This document shows positions 37,104-49,255 of a stretch of DNA of 64,000 nt, in pieces; the stretch's first letter is position 1; every line of letters starts with the position of its first letter. Below the pieces are notes generated by a model. The model searched no databases, was not told where the DNA came from, and was given only the letters and a program-made list of their open reading frames with translations. The position numbers were made by a program, and so were the translations under genes. Source of the stretch: Octopus vulgaris (Eukaryota); assembly GCA_951406725.2 (NCBI GenBank), contig OX597819.1:125550001-125614000 (forward strand). The letters run 5' to 3'.

Positions 37104-40100
37104 TTGTGAATTAAGGCCCCCATTGGTTTCATGTTAAGAACAGTAGGAAAATATCCTAGTGTCTTAACAAGTTTTCAAGCCGATCACATGAAGGAAGGTG
37201 TTCGCCTCCATTTTGGAAAACGCAGCTTCATTTAGTTCACGAGGGTTCTCGCAAATTCACGTGAATAAAACAGTGACTAATCAAGGGATTTGTCTTTTGG
37301 ACAAAATGCTGTGTGGTCAATTTGTTTGCATTGTTTTGTTTTTGTTCTGGGCATGGTGTTCTTATACTTGTGTGCTGAGGTAGTTTGTCATTGGGGCATA
37401 TTTCTTCTGTGTGTGGAATTTGTGTGCGATGTGTGTTCATCTTTAGGAAAGAGGCTATCCTGGTAGGGTTACCGTCGCAGATAGTGGCTCTTCTTTGACG
37501 AGCATCTTATCGATAAAACAGAAAATGTTCTGAGGAGAATAAAATGGAAAGTTTTTTTTTTTTCGATAAAGGCACGTGATGCCTTCATGCAGAGGATAAT
37601 TAACGGTTCCAGATCTTATAAAAACCCACCACACATTAAAGACTTAGAAAAATTTGAAGACGATCTTATAGAGTTAGTTAGAAATATAAAATTCAACTAA
37701 AAATCCAACAAGTTCCAACATACATTACAGACATACATCGAACCTTTAAAAACGTCAACGAACATGTTTATTAAAGCGGGTAAAACCCAAAAATATTTAT
37801 GAAGTAAACAACCAAACGCACAACAAATTACTAACCAACAACATAACTAAAATATATAAGAAAATGAACCCTACCATTTATAATCCAATTAATGTAGAAA
37901 CCGAAAATTTAGCCACAAAGTTAAAAATAGAAGACAAAGTAGAAAAGCTTATCCCATGAAATCCTTTTAGAATTCTGGAGGACCATAAAAATAACTTCAC
38001 GCAAAATCCCACAAAAAACGAAATCGGAATTATTAGTAAATCCATATTAGATAACATTATACGACATATCGGAGCACACTCAAATCTTACCTAATGAATA
38101 TGCAGTAGTGCAACTATTAAATGGTTTAAGAAGATAAAAAATAAACCCAAATGCAAATTTATACAATTCGATATCGTAGAGTTCTACCCTTCGATCTCCA
38201 GAAGCTTGCTTCAGAAGGTGCTCACTTGAATTTTGTAAAACATATCTTTATATATAAAAGAGAGGTTGTGTGCTGTCTGTCTCCTACGATTTAGATTCCT
38301 AACTACTCCCACATTTTGCGGTGCAGTTTAGCCAAAACCGGGTATCTTATAGTCATGATTCATATCGAGCCCTTCTGGGTATTAGCACGTGTCTACGATG
38401 AGTCTACGATGAGTCTACGATTTAAAAAAAATTTACCATCATTTTTTTTCCATTTTAATGCATTTTTCGCTATTATATAAGGGAAGTAACTCTCTAAAAA
38501 TGTCTACGATGAGTCAACGATTTAAAAAAATTTACCATCATTTTTTTCCCATTTTTAATGCATTTTTTGACTATAACTCTCTAAAAATGCTTATATAGTT
38601 ATTTCCCTTACAAACCCGAGCAACGCCGGGTGATACTGCTAGTAACAAATATAGATATAACAAATACAGATATCGATATAATTATGAATGCAAGGAGTTC
38701 ATTACTCTATCTCATGATAATTCCTATTGGGTTAAAAAGAATGGAGACGAGTTATATGACGTGGCAGTGGGGAGCTATGACGGTGCAGAGAAAGCTGATC
38801 TTGTAGGCCTTTATACTCTAGATACCCTTAAAAAAGAAATAAAAGAAGCTAACATAGGTTTATATAGGGGTGATGGCCTGGAAGTAGTATACAATAAAAA
38901 CGGACATGGTATGAATAGAATAAGGAAAAAATTATGCAAAATATTTAGCCAATTAGGCCTAAGAACCACAACTTGTACAAACCTTAAAGAAGTCAACTTC
39001 CTAGACTTAAACATGCATCTTAACACAGAAAAATTCAAATCTTACTACAAACCAAATCTAGGAAGCCAAGTACATAGGCATAGGTTCCAACCATCCACCA
39101 GCAGTAATTAAAGCCAAACAACATTAGCAGGCGCATCTCCAATTTATCCGCCGACAAAGACGCTTTTGAAAAATCCGCCCCATATTATAATGCTGCATTA
39201 GAAAGGTGCAACTTCAAGAATAGCACATACTACATTGGACCAAATATAAATTGACCAAAATGACGCAAACAGAGGAAAATCGTATGATTCACCTTATAGC
39301 TTGAATGTAGCTACTAACATAGCTAGGAAATTCTTAAAGCTAATAGACAACCACTTTCCACATTCACACAAATACCACAAGATCTTCAGCAGAAATACTG
39401 TTAAAGCTAGCTATAGTTTCCTCCCCAATATGAGGTCAATAATACTCATCACAATAAGTATAGACACACCAGAAACACCCCAGAAAGACAATGCAGCTGT
39501 AGATCCCCAAACCGCTGTCCTCTAAACAACAACTGTCTCGAGAAAGAACTCGTATACAAGGCTAAGATCACAAACTCCAACAGAATAGCAAAGGCGTATA
39601 TCGGAATGACGGGCAACTCGTTCAAGGAAAGGTATACACAACATCTGGCGTCATTCAGAGACAAAAATATAAAAAAAACATGTAACACCCCTGTCAAATA
39701 TGATATGGACGTTGAAAGAAGGCGAAATAAGCACCCTCGCCTCAGATAGAATGGAAAATTATTGCTAAAGCCAAAAAATACAGAGGACGGGGTACCAAAT
39801 GTCAACTCTGTATTACTGAAAAATTAAGCATTATACAACCAACAGATAGCATCCTAAAATTAGGAATGAAACCTTCTTTCCTTGCATACACAAACAATAT
39901 TTTACACTCAGATATTTCAAAGAGTCTCTATCTGCGACGGTAACCTCCACCAGGATAGCCCCTTTCCTAAACGAGAACACATATAGCACACAGACTTCAC
40001 ACAAAGAAGAAATATACTCCAATGACGAACAACCTATAAGAACACCATGCCCAGAGCAAAAACAAAATAATGCAAACAAATTGACTACACAATTTGTTCA

Positions 40101-40326
40101 AAAGATAAATCTAAGGGAGATGCCACTCTAGAGTAATGTCCCTTGATTCATTGATTCATTGTTTTGCTCACATAAATTCGTGAGAAACCCGTGAACTAAA
40201 CGAGACTGTGTGTTCCAAAATGGAGGTGAACACTTCTCTCCATGTGATCGGCTTGAAAATGTGTTAAGACACTAGGATATTTTTCTATTGTTCTTAACAT
40301 GAAACCAATTGCAGCCTTAATTCACA
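37104..40326 (+). mobile_element. Decayed Penelope-like element with inverted pseudo-LTRs
   Basis: 37104-37495 is the diverged reverse complement of 39920-40326. RT remnants IQFDIVEFYPSI, VAVGSYDGAE, GLYRGDGL, VNFLDL; GIY-YIG remnant VYKAKI...YIGMTGNSFKERY. Many stops and frameshifts. Confidence 0.88.
38245..38642 (+). mobile_element. Non-autonomous Helitron nested in the Penelope RT
   Basis: A|TC start, subterminal hairpin cccgagcaacgccggg, CTAG|T end, no TSD. Confidence 0.85.
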
Positions 40327-40800
40327 CATGCACATTGATAGATAGATAGATATGTGTGCGTGCGTGTGTGTGTATCACCTAGTCTGTAAAGTCTGGCCAC
40401 AAATGTATGTCTTGCGCAGGCTTGAATTTTAAATCTTGTGTTACTCTCTAAACATGTATTTAATTATGTACCGGTCATGTATTGTGTTTAATTGAGGGGT
40501 CCTCCGTCAATTTCAACGATGAACGTTCAACAGTTCGATAATCTGAACTATTTACTCGCTAAAATAACTCTGAGCATTCCCCTGACACTTGTACTCCCAA
40601 CGAAATCCTTAGCAACCCATAGCCTAGTGTTACAAACTTAATCGATGTGACAAGCTACCGCACAGCTTCTATCGGCTTAGTTTTACTCACGAGGCTTGGA
40701 TAGCATATGATGCCGCGTTGTAGGATCGAACCTTAACCACTCAGAAATGCCTTTTAGAAATAGCATTTGAGTAGGATATGTCCTGATTAGCGGAGCTGAA

Positions 40801-41217
40801 GGATCTTTTCGGTTTGAACGGCAGTTTTTTCTAGCGGTGTCATATGAAATTGTCACCCATAATTATGACCCTAGTATCGATCTATTGCATTTCAATCTGT
40901 TTTTTAGGGTTAGGGTTAGGGGTGGGGGAAGGGTATCTTTTTTTCTTCAGAAATGTAAATAAACCCAATCTGTTTCTTAAACGAGGGACATATTCATACG
41001 GCACAGAATGTTTTTTTTTACCTCAATAGACGTCAGTGATTGGTTGAAATTGCAGAAATTGAAGAAAAAAACAAATATCTTACAAACTATAGAATTTTCT
41101 CCATAAAGCCAAGAGAAAAAGATGTTTTATAAACACATTCTACCAGTATACGAAGTTTAAAAGTGGTTAGTTACCTAGAAATTATGTTAAAAACTGCTTT
41201 TCAAACCGAAAAGATCC
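40801..41217. mobile_element. Same MITE, copy 3
   Basis: TIRs ggatcttttcggtttgaa / ttcaaaccgaaaagatcc; flanks gagctgaa / gagctgat. Confidence 0.85.
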
Positions 41218-42302
41218 GAGCTGATTCTATAGTCTTGTTGTACGGTGTGTGCTTTTTATATATTTATGCATGTTGTTTAGCTCTAGCTGAGCCCCTGATG
41301 GAGCAGACCTGAGATCAAGATATTTCCAGCTGTGACCATCTCATCTTTTCTTTCAGTTATTATAATATATCTAGGACCGCATTATTCGACCTGTCTTTCT
41401 TTTTTTTAAGTCGGTAGGGTGTGGTTTGGCTGCTATGTCTTTCAAGGTCGAGCGATCACGATAACGGCTCGTGATGATGTATGTGTGAGTGTACGCATGT
41501 ATGTTTTTGTAATTTATTGTACAAGGTCGTTGTTATTTTATCAATGGTGTGCATGGCTAATATTTTACTTCCACCTTCGAACCCCTCCTTCAAATTATGC
41601 CGCTACTCTTTGGTAATCTGAGTCACTCTGAAGCCAACTGAAAAGACGTCATATTTGCATGAAATTTATCAATCTTTGTATTTTGTTTTTAACGCATTTC
41701 TTCTCTCTGTCTCTCCAAATTCCAACCGTTAACAGAAAATTGTTTTAGAGCAATTTGTTATTTACAGCTTCATGGCTTGCTCTTTGTAGCAAGACATATC
41801 ATTGAGGCAAATAATTTGTCTTGCAAGAGGTAAAGTTTGGATCACAGCTCTAATATATCAACTACGTAGTCATCATACTGACAAATCTTGTGGATCAAAA
41901 TATTTCTGGCCAATTTCTTCTTTAAAAACAAAATGTTATTATGTATCGAATATTTTTGTGAAAATTCATCCGCGATGCGTTGGTTCCAATCCAGACAAAT
42001 ATTTCATAAATTATTGACGCGTTAGCAGAGTTTCTTTCTGATGTTACGAGAATAAAACAATACATTTAAACCGGCTCTGCGTGTGTAAATTAATTAAAAT
42101 TAATTACATGAATTGATCGTCATTCGGAAAACCAGAACATAAAACGGCTCAAACTCTGAGTTTCATTAAGCGTGGACACGTTTGTAATACATTTGAATCA
42201 CCGGTTTGAATAAATGGCTGATCGCTGATCCAAGCGTGATTCAAACGTGTTGACGCTTGATGGAACTCAGAGTTTCAATTATCTTTGGTTCCGGTCGATC
42301 AA

Positions 42303-42305
<3 letters not shown>

Positions 42306-42389
<84 letters not shown>

Positions 42390-42440
42390 GGAGACACACA
42401 CGCAGACACACACACAGACACACACACAGATACACACGCA

Positions 42441-42489
<49 letters not shown>

Positions 42490-42674
42490 ACAGACACACA
42501 GACACACAGACACACACACTCACACGCACACGCACACACACACACACGCACATGCACACACACACTCACACACACACACTCACACATGCACACACACACA
42601 TGCACACACATACACACACTCACACACACATGCACACACACACACAGACACACAGACACACACACACAGACACA

Positions 42675-42708
<34 letters not shown>
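42306..42708. repeat. (CA)n-derived microsatellite; similar tracts at about 48980-49255, 50450-50655 and 57921-58188
   Basis: Directly visible. Confidence 0.95.
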
Positions 42709-42710
<2 letters not shown>

Positions 42711-43367
42711 CAGAACGTTTCTGATACAGCTGTGGCAAATTCCTAAACGATTGGTGTTAAAATTCGGTTCATACCATTACAAATCTTAGATTGTGCCAAC
42801 AATGTCAATTCCATTTACAATAGAACCATTTATGCTCAAGAAAATGTAGCAGAAGCCAGTATTCCTAAGGGGAAAGGGGAAAAAAATATACGTGTTCCAT
42901 ACGATTGTTGTTCCTTTCTACTTTATAATTAAGAAGGTAAATTATAGAAGTGGCTGTGTGGTAAGTAGCTTGCTAACCTCACTGACAGAAGAGTGACTTT
43001 GCTTACCGTACTACGGTTTGGACGCGTTTTCTTCCCGGTAAGAATTTTGCTGTGTTGTTAATTGTTGAATTCCTACTACTGAAAATTTGCCTTTAAACGT
43101 TGCTGAACTGTCTTGTTCTCCGGTTTTACCGGGGAATAATTGAATAATTTCTTACCGTTGAACTGTTAGCCACTGTGGCTTTTTATTTACGTGACTATAT
43201 ATAGTCCTGCCAGACTATTTTCGTGCCCCTCCCCCGAATGGGGGTGGGAATTGGAATTTTTGAACTGCTTTTTTTAACTACTTTGGAAGAAAAACTTTCT
43301 ATAGGTTTCCCAGTTTTGTGGGAAACCAATACTCGTAATTTTTGTGTTGTCTAATTTCAACAGAATA

Positions 43368-44768
43368 ATGTCTGTTGAAATTATTCACGAAAGTAGTGCT
43401 CTTGAGGAGAGCAATGTTAAAAAATTTTCTGAGGTAGCCGCAGTGGCTACCGAGAACATTGACATCGATGTCAATCAGCTCGTCGAGCTATTTAAAAGAA
43501 TGCAAGAGGAGGGTGGTGATGTTAAAATATCACCCTCCGCCAGTATCGTGGAGACCGAGAAGCGGACCGTAGTGTTTAAAACTTTCTGTCCACAAAGCAG
43601 AAGGTTCAAACACTTTGAAAAAAGCACCATCGAGAAATGCCTGTCCCCAATTTGGAAGGACATCGTGTACGTCGCCAGGGAACGGGCATATGGCACTGTG
43701 GATGTCCGCTTCTCGGGGGAAGAAATGGCCCGCGGGCATTCTGTGAACCCCCTAAAAACCAAGGAGGTGGTACTTTTCCCAAGCTATAGGGGACGCAGGA
43801 CGTCCCGGGTCAGGATTGTAGAAGCCCCGCCGGAAGTAGATCCGGTAGAGGTAGTGGCCGCCCTGTTATATAAAAGGGCGGACAAAATAAAAATACTAGA
43901 AGTAACATGCTCTACCCCTCGATTTTGGCTCGGGCGTAACATTAATATATTAATTCAAGGAACAGCGGAGGACCTGCAGCTCCTTCCTGAGAGGGTGCTC
44001 GTGGGCGAGAACGTAGCCCTCAGGGTACAGGTCGAAGGCCGAAAACCCACCTGTTACGCCTGCGGCAAAAAGGGCCACATTCGTGTAGACTGTCCAGACA
44101 AGCAAAAGAAACCGCAGACACCAGGCCCCTCAGATAATAAAAAAGTCCCTACCCTTGCAAACACACCTACCCCTACAAAAACAAAAAATCCCACTCCTGC
44201 TGTTACGGTGCCAACCCCAAAACAGACTGAAGAAAAAACCCAGCCCTCGCACTCACAAACCCCTACACTATTAAAACCTCCCACCCCTAAAAACTGCGGC
44301 GCCTACCGAACAAACTATTGCTACCCCAGACGATACCATGGAGGTATCAGAGGGGGATTTACACCAGTTCGTAAAAGAATTCGTGCAGCATCCCCGTCCA
44401 CATCCCCTACAAAAAATAATAAAAACAAAGACACACCACAGACACGGAAAAAAAAATCCCGCTCAACTGGCCCAGAAAAAGAAGACAAAAAAGAAAATGA
44501 ATTCATATTAATTGAATTCGACACACAAGACAAATACATAAACGATATTGTGGTTCAGCATCAGTCAGCAAGACTGTACAACAAATACAAAGATCGAAAT
44601 AGACACGCGTGGATTGCGGAAACAATGTTCAAACAATTAAAAGACAGACACCCAAACGCCATCCGGCATATCGCGAACTTGCCGGACTATCTGAAGAAAG
44701 AGGAGAAAGAAGGGGCCCACAAACGTGTGGTGAGGTCGGCCCCCTCCTCTCCAACGAAATGTAAGTAG
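43368..44768 (+). CDS. Tx1-like ORF1 (gag-like, CCHC zinc knuckle)
   Basis: VEGRKPTCYACGKKGHIRVDCP knuckle followed by a P/T/K-rich tract; ATG at 43368. Confidence 0.88.
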   Translation: MSVEIIHESSALEESNVKKFSEVAAVATENIDIDVNQLVELFKRMQEEGGDVKISPSASIVETEKRTVVFKTFCPQSRRFKHFEKSTIEKCLSPIWKDIVYVARERAYGTVDVRFSGEEMARGHSVNPLKTKEVVLFPSYRGRRTSRVRIVEAPPEVDPVEVVAALLYKRADKIKILEVTCSTPRFWLGRNINILIQGTAEDLQLLPERVLVGENVALRVQVEGRKPTCYACGKKGHIRVDCPDKQKKPQTPGPSDNKKVPTLANTPTPTKTKNPTPAVTVPTPKQTEEKTQPSHSQTPTLLKPPTPKNCGAYRTNYCYPRRYHGGIRGGFTPVRKRIRAASPSTSPTKNNKNKDTPQTRKKKSRSTGPEKEDKKENEFILIEFDTQDKYINDIVVQHQSARLYNKYKDRNRHAWIAETMFKQLKDRHPNAIRHIANLPDYLKKEEKEGAHKRVVRSAPSSPTKCK

Positions 44769-44785
44769 AACTTTTACTTTTTGTA

Positions 44786-47700
44786 ATGGCTTCGCTTAAC
44801 CTTGGTTGTTTAAATGTGCGTGGTCTGAGTTCGAAGTGGAAGCAGGCTTGTTTCCTCGACGACCTCAGATCACATGATATACATGTGATGGTTGCTACAG
44901 AGACCAAGCTGGACAGTCTACAAACCTTCTCGCCTCTCCTGAATGGTTACGAGAAAATCATGTCTCCTGGCCAGACCGGAGGGCGAGGGGGCGTAGTGGT
45001 ACTGATCCGTAAAGACTTGGCTCTACAGACAAGTACAGTCTATGTAGACCCAGAAGGTGGGCTGGTCGTCCTTGATGTGACATACAGCAGTAAGGCCTTC
45101 AGGTTGATCGGACTCTATGCACCTTGTGCTAGAGGTTTCCAAACTGATTTTTATCGGCGCCTAGAGGGCTTTCTCGTGACGTCGAAGACTTTAGTGATAT
45201 TAGGGGACTTTAATGCTATCGTTGACGTACACATCGATAGCGTTGGCTCGATCTATAGGAAAGTGAACTCACGTCTCGTGGATCTGCTTAAGCGGTTTCA
45301 GCTGGCAGATCGTTACAGACTTGACCATCCGAACGTCCCAGAGTGGACCTGGATGAGTGGCGACGGAAGGTTCAAGTCTTATCTAGACAGGATAGTGATA
45401 AGAACTAGAGATAAGTCTAGTTTTAGTTGTCCACAGCTCGTCCAGGTGCCCTATACTGACCATAGAATGGTCACGTGTAGACTGGACATAGATAGCACAC
45501 TTAAGATAGGAACCGGCTACTGGAAGCTGAACAAGTCTATTTTGACACGCGAGGCATACCGTAGCCGGATTAAGGTGTTAGTGCAGAGGGAGTTAACCGG
45601 AGCCGTGGTTAATAACCGGTGGTGGTTCACCCTCAAAAGAGCCATTCGATTCGAGTCCATTAGATTTAGTAAACAACTAAGACTAGATAGGGCTAGAATA
45701 GAAGGGCAACTAGTTAAGAACTTAGAGGAGGCGTTGAGGTTGGGCTCTGCATCTCACATTTTAGCGGCGAGAACGGCATTAGACCGTCACCTCAAAACCA
45801 AACATGAGGGATGTAGAGTCCGGGCTAAAGTACGAGCATTGGGCCGTGAGGGAATTAATGTTGCCGGATGGGCCCGTACGATAGAAACACAGCGTGGAAA
45901 CGATGCCACAATTGGGTCTCTTGTTGATGAAAACGGATGCACGATCAAGAAGCGGGACGAGATGTGTGAGGCACTTCACAAACACTTCGCCGAGTTGTTC
46001 GGGAGGTGCGGGACGCTGGATCATGGTGAGGCCCTTAGGGACTTCCTGTCTGGTGGCCCGCGCCTCTCGACACGAGAGGCTGAGTGCTGTGAAGGGCCAA
46101 TCACAGCCGAGGAAGTAATCGAGGTGTTGGGCAAGTGCCCCGGGGAGAAGTCGCCGGGTCTCGATGGTCTGCCCTATGAATTTTATAGAAGTATGCCAGA
46201 CTTGTTCGGGCACCTGCTGGCTAGCGTCTACGCCAACTGGCAGCAGAATGGGAGAATTCCCAAGTCTGCGAGCCGGGGGGCGGTGACGTTGATCAGGAAG
46301 GACCCGAACAAGAGGGACGAGATAGGGAACTTCAGGCCCATAACTCTGTTAAACACAGAGTTAAAGATTCTGGCCAAGGTGCTAGCAAAAAGGTTGGCGC
46401 GGGTCGTGGACAAACTTGTCGGGGAAGCGCAAACGTGCGCTATCCCCGGCAGAACGATCCACGACAATCTCCACCTTATACGCTACTCCTTAGAGAGGGT
46501 GGGGAAGCTTTCTGGCGCAGGGGGAGCACTGGTACATTTAGACCAGTCCAAAGCATTTGATAGGGTCGACCATCGGTACCTAGCGGCGGTCCTCGGAGAG
46601 GCTGGCCTAGGCCCGACCTTTCGAGGTTGGATCGCTGCTTTGTATAGCGACATCGAGTCTGTAGTCAAGGTGAACGGTTCCTTTTCGAAGCCGTTCAGGA
46701 TCGAGCGTTCAGTTCGTCAAGGGTGTCCCCTGTCCTCGCACCTATACGTATTGGCTCTTGAGCCTTTGCTGCGGAAGTTGGAGGCACTAGGGGGCGCGCC
46801 GCATGATCTATGGTGTGGAAGAGGAGCTACGGCGTATGCGGATGACACCTCCATCATCGTGGCAGACGAAGGCCAGCTTCCAGTGGTGGAAGAGGCCATC
46901 AAAAGCTACGAGGCGGTGGCAGGAGCAAAGGTTAACAAGGACAAGTCGGTCGGTTTGCAACTCGGCACCTGGAGGGGCAAGCCGATGCCGTCCAATAACG
47001 TCGTAGGGCGTTGGACGGAAGGTCCTGTTAAGCTGCTCGGAGTCTGGTTCGGGCCAGACCTCCAGATTGAGAAAAATTGGAGTGAGGTGGCCAACAAGGT
47101 GACCGCTCTAACCCAGACCTGGTCTGGGCGGGCGTTATCCCTGCTAGGGAAGGCGGAGGTGGTGCAGATGTTTATAGCATCAGTAATCACCTACCGTTTG
47201 ACCGTGGTGCCTTGCCCCGATTTGTGGCTGAACAAGTTGGAGAGAATCCTTTTCCGATTTTTGTGGAAAGGAGGAAAGCCACTTGTAAAGCGCTCTGTCT
47301 GCTGCCAGAAACCGCTAAAGGGTGGGCTAGGGATGCCTTGGCTGAGGATGCGAAAACTCGCGTTAAGGTTGAGGCACCTCTGGCTTTACCTGGATGGAGA
47401 GCAGGTGTGGTCACCGCACGTCCGGTTCTACCTTCCCCAGTTAACATCCCTAACGGACATCGGTGCATGGATCAAGCGGAGACCTAAACTGAGTGAATGG
47501 CATTTGGAGTGCCGTCAGGCGCTCCAGCTACTATCTCGGGTGGGCAACGCCGGCAACAGGAGTTCCACCACGGATTTCTATAGCGGGTTAGTGGAGATTA
47601 AGTCCGAAGACGCCTTGGTGGAGACCCTGGGCTACGATGAAAATCAGCTGGTCAACCTGTTCCGGAGGACGTTCGGGCCGGGGTATCTGGATAATTACCA

Positions 47701-48187
47701 GAAATCCCTGGCCTGGCAGTGTTTCCGTGCGGCTTTACCTGTTCGCGACAAGCTGTCAAGGCACGGTAGTGCCGTCTCGCCGACATGCCCGCGATGTGAG
47801 CAGGATAGGGAGACCGTCTTGCACGCATTCGTAGAGTGTTCGGAGTTATCGGGACTGATAGCTTTTGTTGAACAACTGTTGTCAGTGATGGGAAGAGTAC
47901 AGCTATCAGCTGAGTCTATCATCGAGATTGTGCCGCCCCCTTTCCTTAACAGGGAAAGAAAGGCTTGTTTTTTCTGTGTAGTAGCCATACTGAAAGAAAC
48001 AGTATGGAAGACGCGTACGAAAGGTATAGTGACAGGCACCTTTGTCTCCGGCCAGGGGTTGATCAACTTTTTTAGTTACCACCTCAGTAGCAAAATCAGG
48101 CTGGAGAAGAGGTGTCTGTCACGAGATATGTTTGTGAAAAGATGGAAGCCTGTGGCATACAAGATGGGTATGTTTGGCACCAGGTAA
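44786..48187 (+). CDS. Tx1-like ORF2: APE endonuclease, RT and C-terminal zinc-binding region, 1133 aa, intact
   Basis: LNVRGL, GDFNA, YLDRI, TDHR, WKLN, KSPGLDG, FRPITLLN, DQSKAFDRV, RQGCPLS, YADD, CPRC...ETVLHAFVEC. Confidence 0.97.
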   Translation: MASLNLGCLNVRGLSSKWKQACFLDDLRSHDIHVMVATETKLDSLQTFSPLLNGYEKIMSPGQTGGRGGVVVLIRKDLALQTSTVYVDPEGGLVVLDVTYSSKAFRLIGLYAPCARGFQTDFYRRLEGFLVTSKTLVILGDFNAIVDVHIDSVGSIYRKVNSRLVDLLKRFQLADRYRLDHPNVPEWTWMSGDGRFKSYLDRIVIRTRDKSSFSCPQLVQVPYTDHRMVTCRLDIDSTLKIGTGYWKLNKSILTREAYRSRIKVLVQRELTGAVVNNRWWFTLKRAIRFESIRFSKQLRLDRARIEGQLVKNLEEALRLGSASHILAARTALDRHLKTKHEGCRVRAKVRALGREGINVAGWARTIETQRGNDATIGSLVDENGCTIKKRDEMCEALHKHFAELFGRCGTLDHGEALRDFLSGGPRLSTREAECCEGPITAEEVIEVLGKCPGEKSPGLDGLPYEFYRSMPDLFGHLLASVYANWQQNGRIPKSASRGAVTLIRKDPNKRDEIGNFRPITLLNTELKILAKVLAKRLARVVDKLVGEAQTCAIPGRTIHDNLHLIRYSLERVGKLSGAGGALVHLDQSKAFDRVDHRYLAAVLGEAGLGPTFRGWIAALYSDIESVVKVNGSFSKPFRIERSVRQGCPLSSHLYVLALEPLLRKLEALGGAPHDLWCGRGATAYADDTSIIVADEGQLPVVEEAIKSYEAVAGAKVNKDKSVGLQLGTWRGKPMPSNNVVGRWTEGPVKLLGVWFGPDLQIEKNWSEVANKVTALTQTWSGRALSLLGKAEVVQMFIASVITYRLTVVPCPDLWLNKLERILFRFLWKGGKPLVKRSVCCQKPLKGGLGMPWLRMRKLALRLRHLWLYLDGEQVWSPHVRFYLPQLTSLTDIGAWIKRRPKLSEWHLECRQALQLLSRVGNAGNRSSTTDFYSGLVEIKSEDALVETLGYDENQLVNLFRRTFGPGYLDNYQKSLAWQCFRAALPVRDKLSRHGSAVSPTCPRCEQDRETVLHAFVECSELSGLIAFVEQLLSVMGRVQLSAESIIEIVPPPFLNRERKACFFCVVAILKETVWKTRTKGIVTGTFVSGQGLINFFSYHLSSKIRLEKRCLSRDMFVKRWKPVAYKMGMFGTR

Positions 48188-49255
48188 GTGTGACCGGATC
48201 AGAAAGTAAAGGTTCTACCCGGATGGCTGAGTGTCCGTCCTTCGACATGATCATTAATATTTTTAAACATTGCCTTCGTAAAATTCATTGTTTATAATCT
48301 TATCCGTAATTTCATTCGAAAATTGTAACTGTGTTAAGCTACTTCACCCTTTATATTTGTCTGTCCTTGTTTGTCCCCTCTTTGTAAATGCCTAAATGGC
48401 AAATTATATGAAATAAAGTAGCTTGCTAACCAACCACATGGTTCCAGGTTCAGTCCAACTGCGTGGCATCTTGGGCAAGTGTCTTCTGCTATAGCCCCAG
48501 GCCGACCAATGCCTTGTGAGTGGATTTGGTAGACGGAAACTGAAAGAAGCCTGTCGTATATATGTATATATATGTGTGTGTGTGTGTGTGTTTGTGTGTC
48601 TGTGTTTGTCCCTCTGGCATTGCTTGACAACCGATGCTGGTGTGTTTACGTCCCTGTCACTTAGCGGTTCGGCAAAGGAGACCGATAGAATAAGTACTGG
48701 GCTTACAAAGAATAAGTCTCGGGGTCGAGTTGCTCGACTAAAGGCGGTGCTCCAGCATGGCCGCAGCCAAATGACTGAAACAAGTAAAAGAGTAAAAGAG
48801 AGTAAAGAGTATGAATAGAGAATATTGGAAGAAGAATGATAAAGCTAAAAGAAGTAAATTCCTCAAAGCGAAAGCAACGAAAACGCTAAACAACGAGATT
48901 GACGAAAACTATAAAGAACTATAAGTCAGGAGACAAAAAAAAAAAATAAATAGAAATATAACCCCAAATGCTTCTGATCATGCACACACACACGCACATA
49001 CACATGCACACACACATGCACACACACATGCACACACACATGCACACACACACATACATTGTGCATAAATACTACACACACACGCACACACACACATATA
49101 TATGCACACATGCACACACGCATACGTACGCGATTACAGACACACACACATGCACACACATACATACACATACACACACATACATTGTGCATAAATGCTA
49201 CACACACACATTCACACACACATGCACACACACAAGCACACACACATGCTCACAC

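Larger units (their letters stand above)
42979..48415 (+). mobile_element. Full-length Tx1/L1-clade LINE with a perfect 16-bp TSD
   Basis: aagtagcttgctaacc at 42963-42978 and 48416-48431; 5' UTR, two ORFs, and a 3' UTR ending at aataaa. Confidence 0.95.

Noticed and set aside
40905-40922. Interstitial telomere or fusion scar
   Set aside because: Only three TTAGGG units, and they are internal to a MITE.
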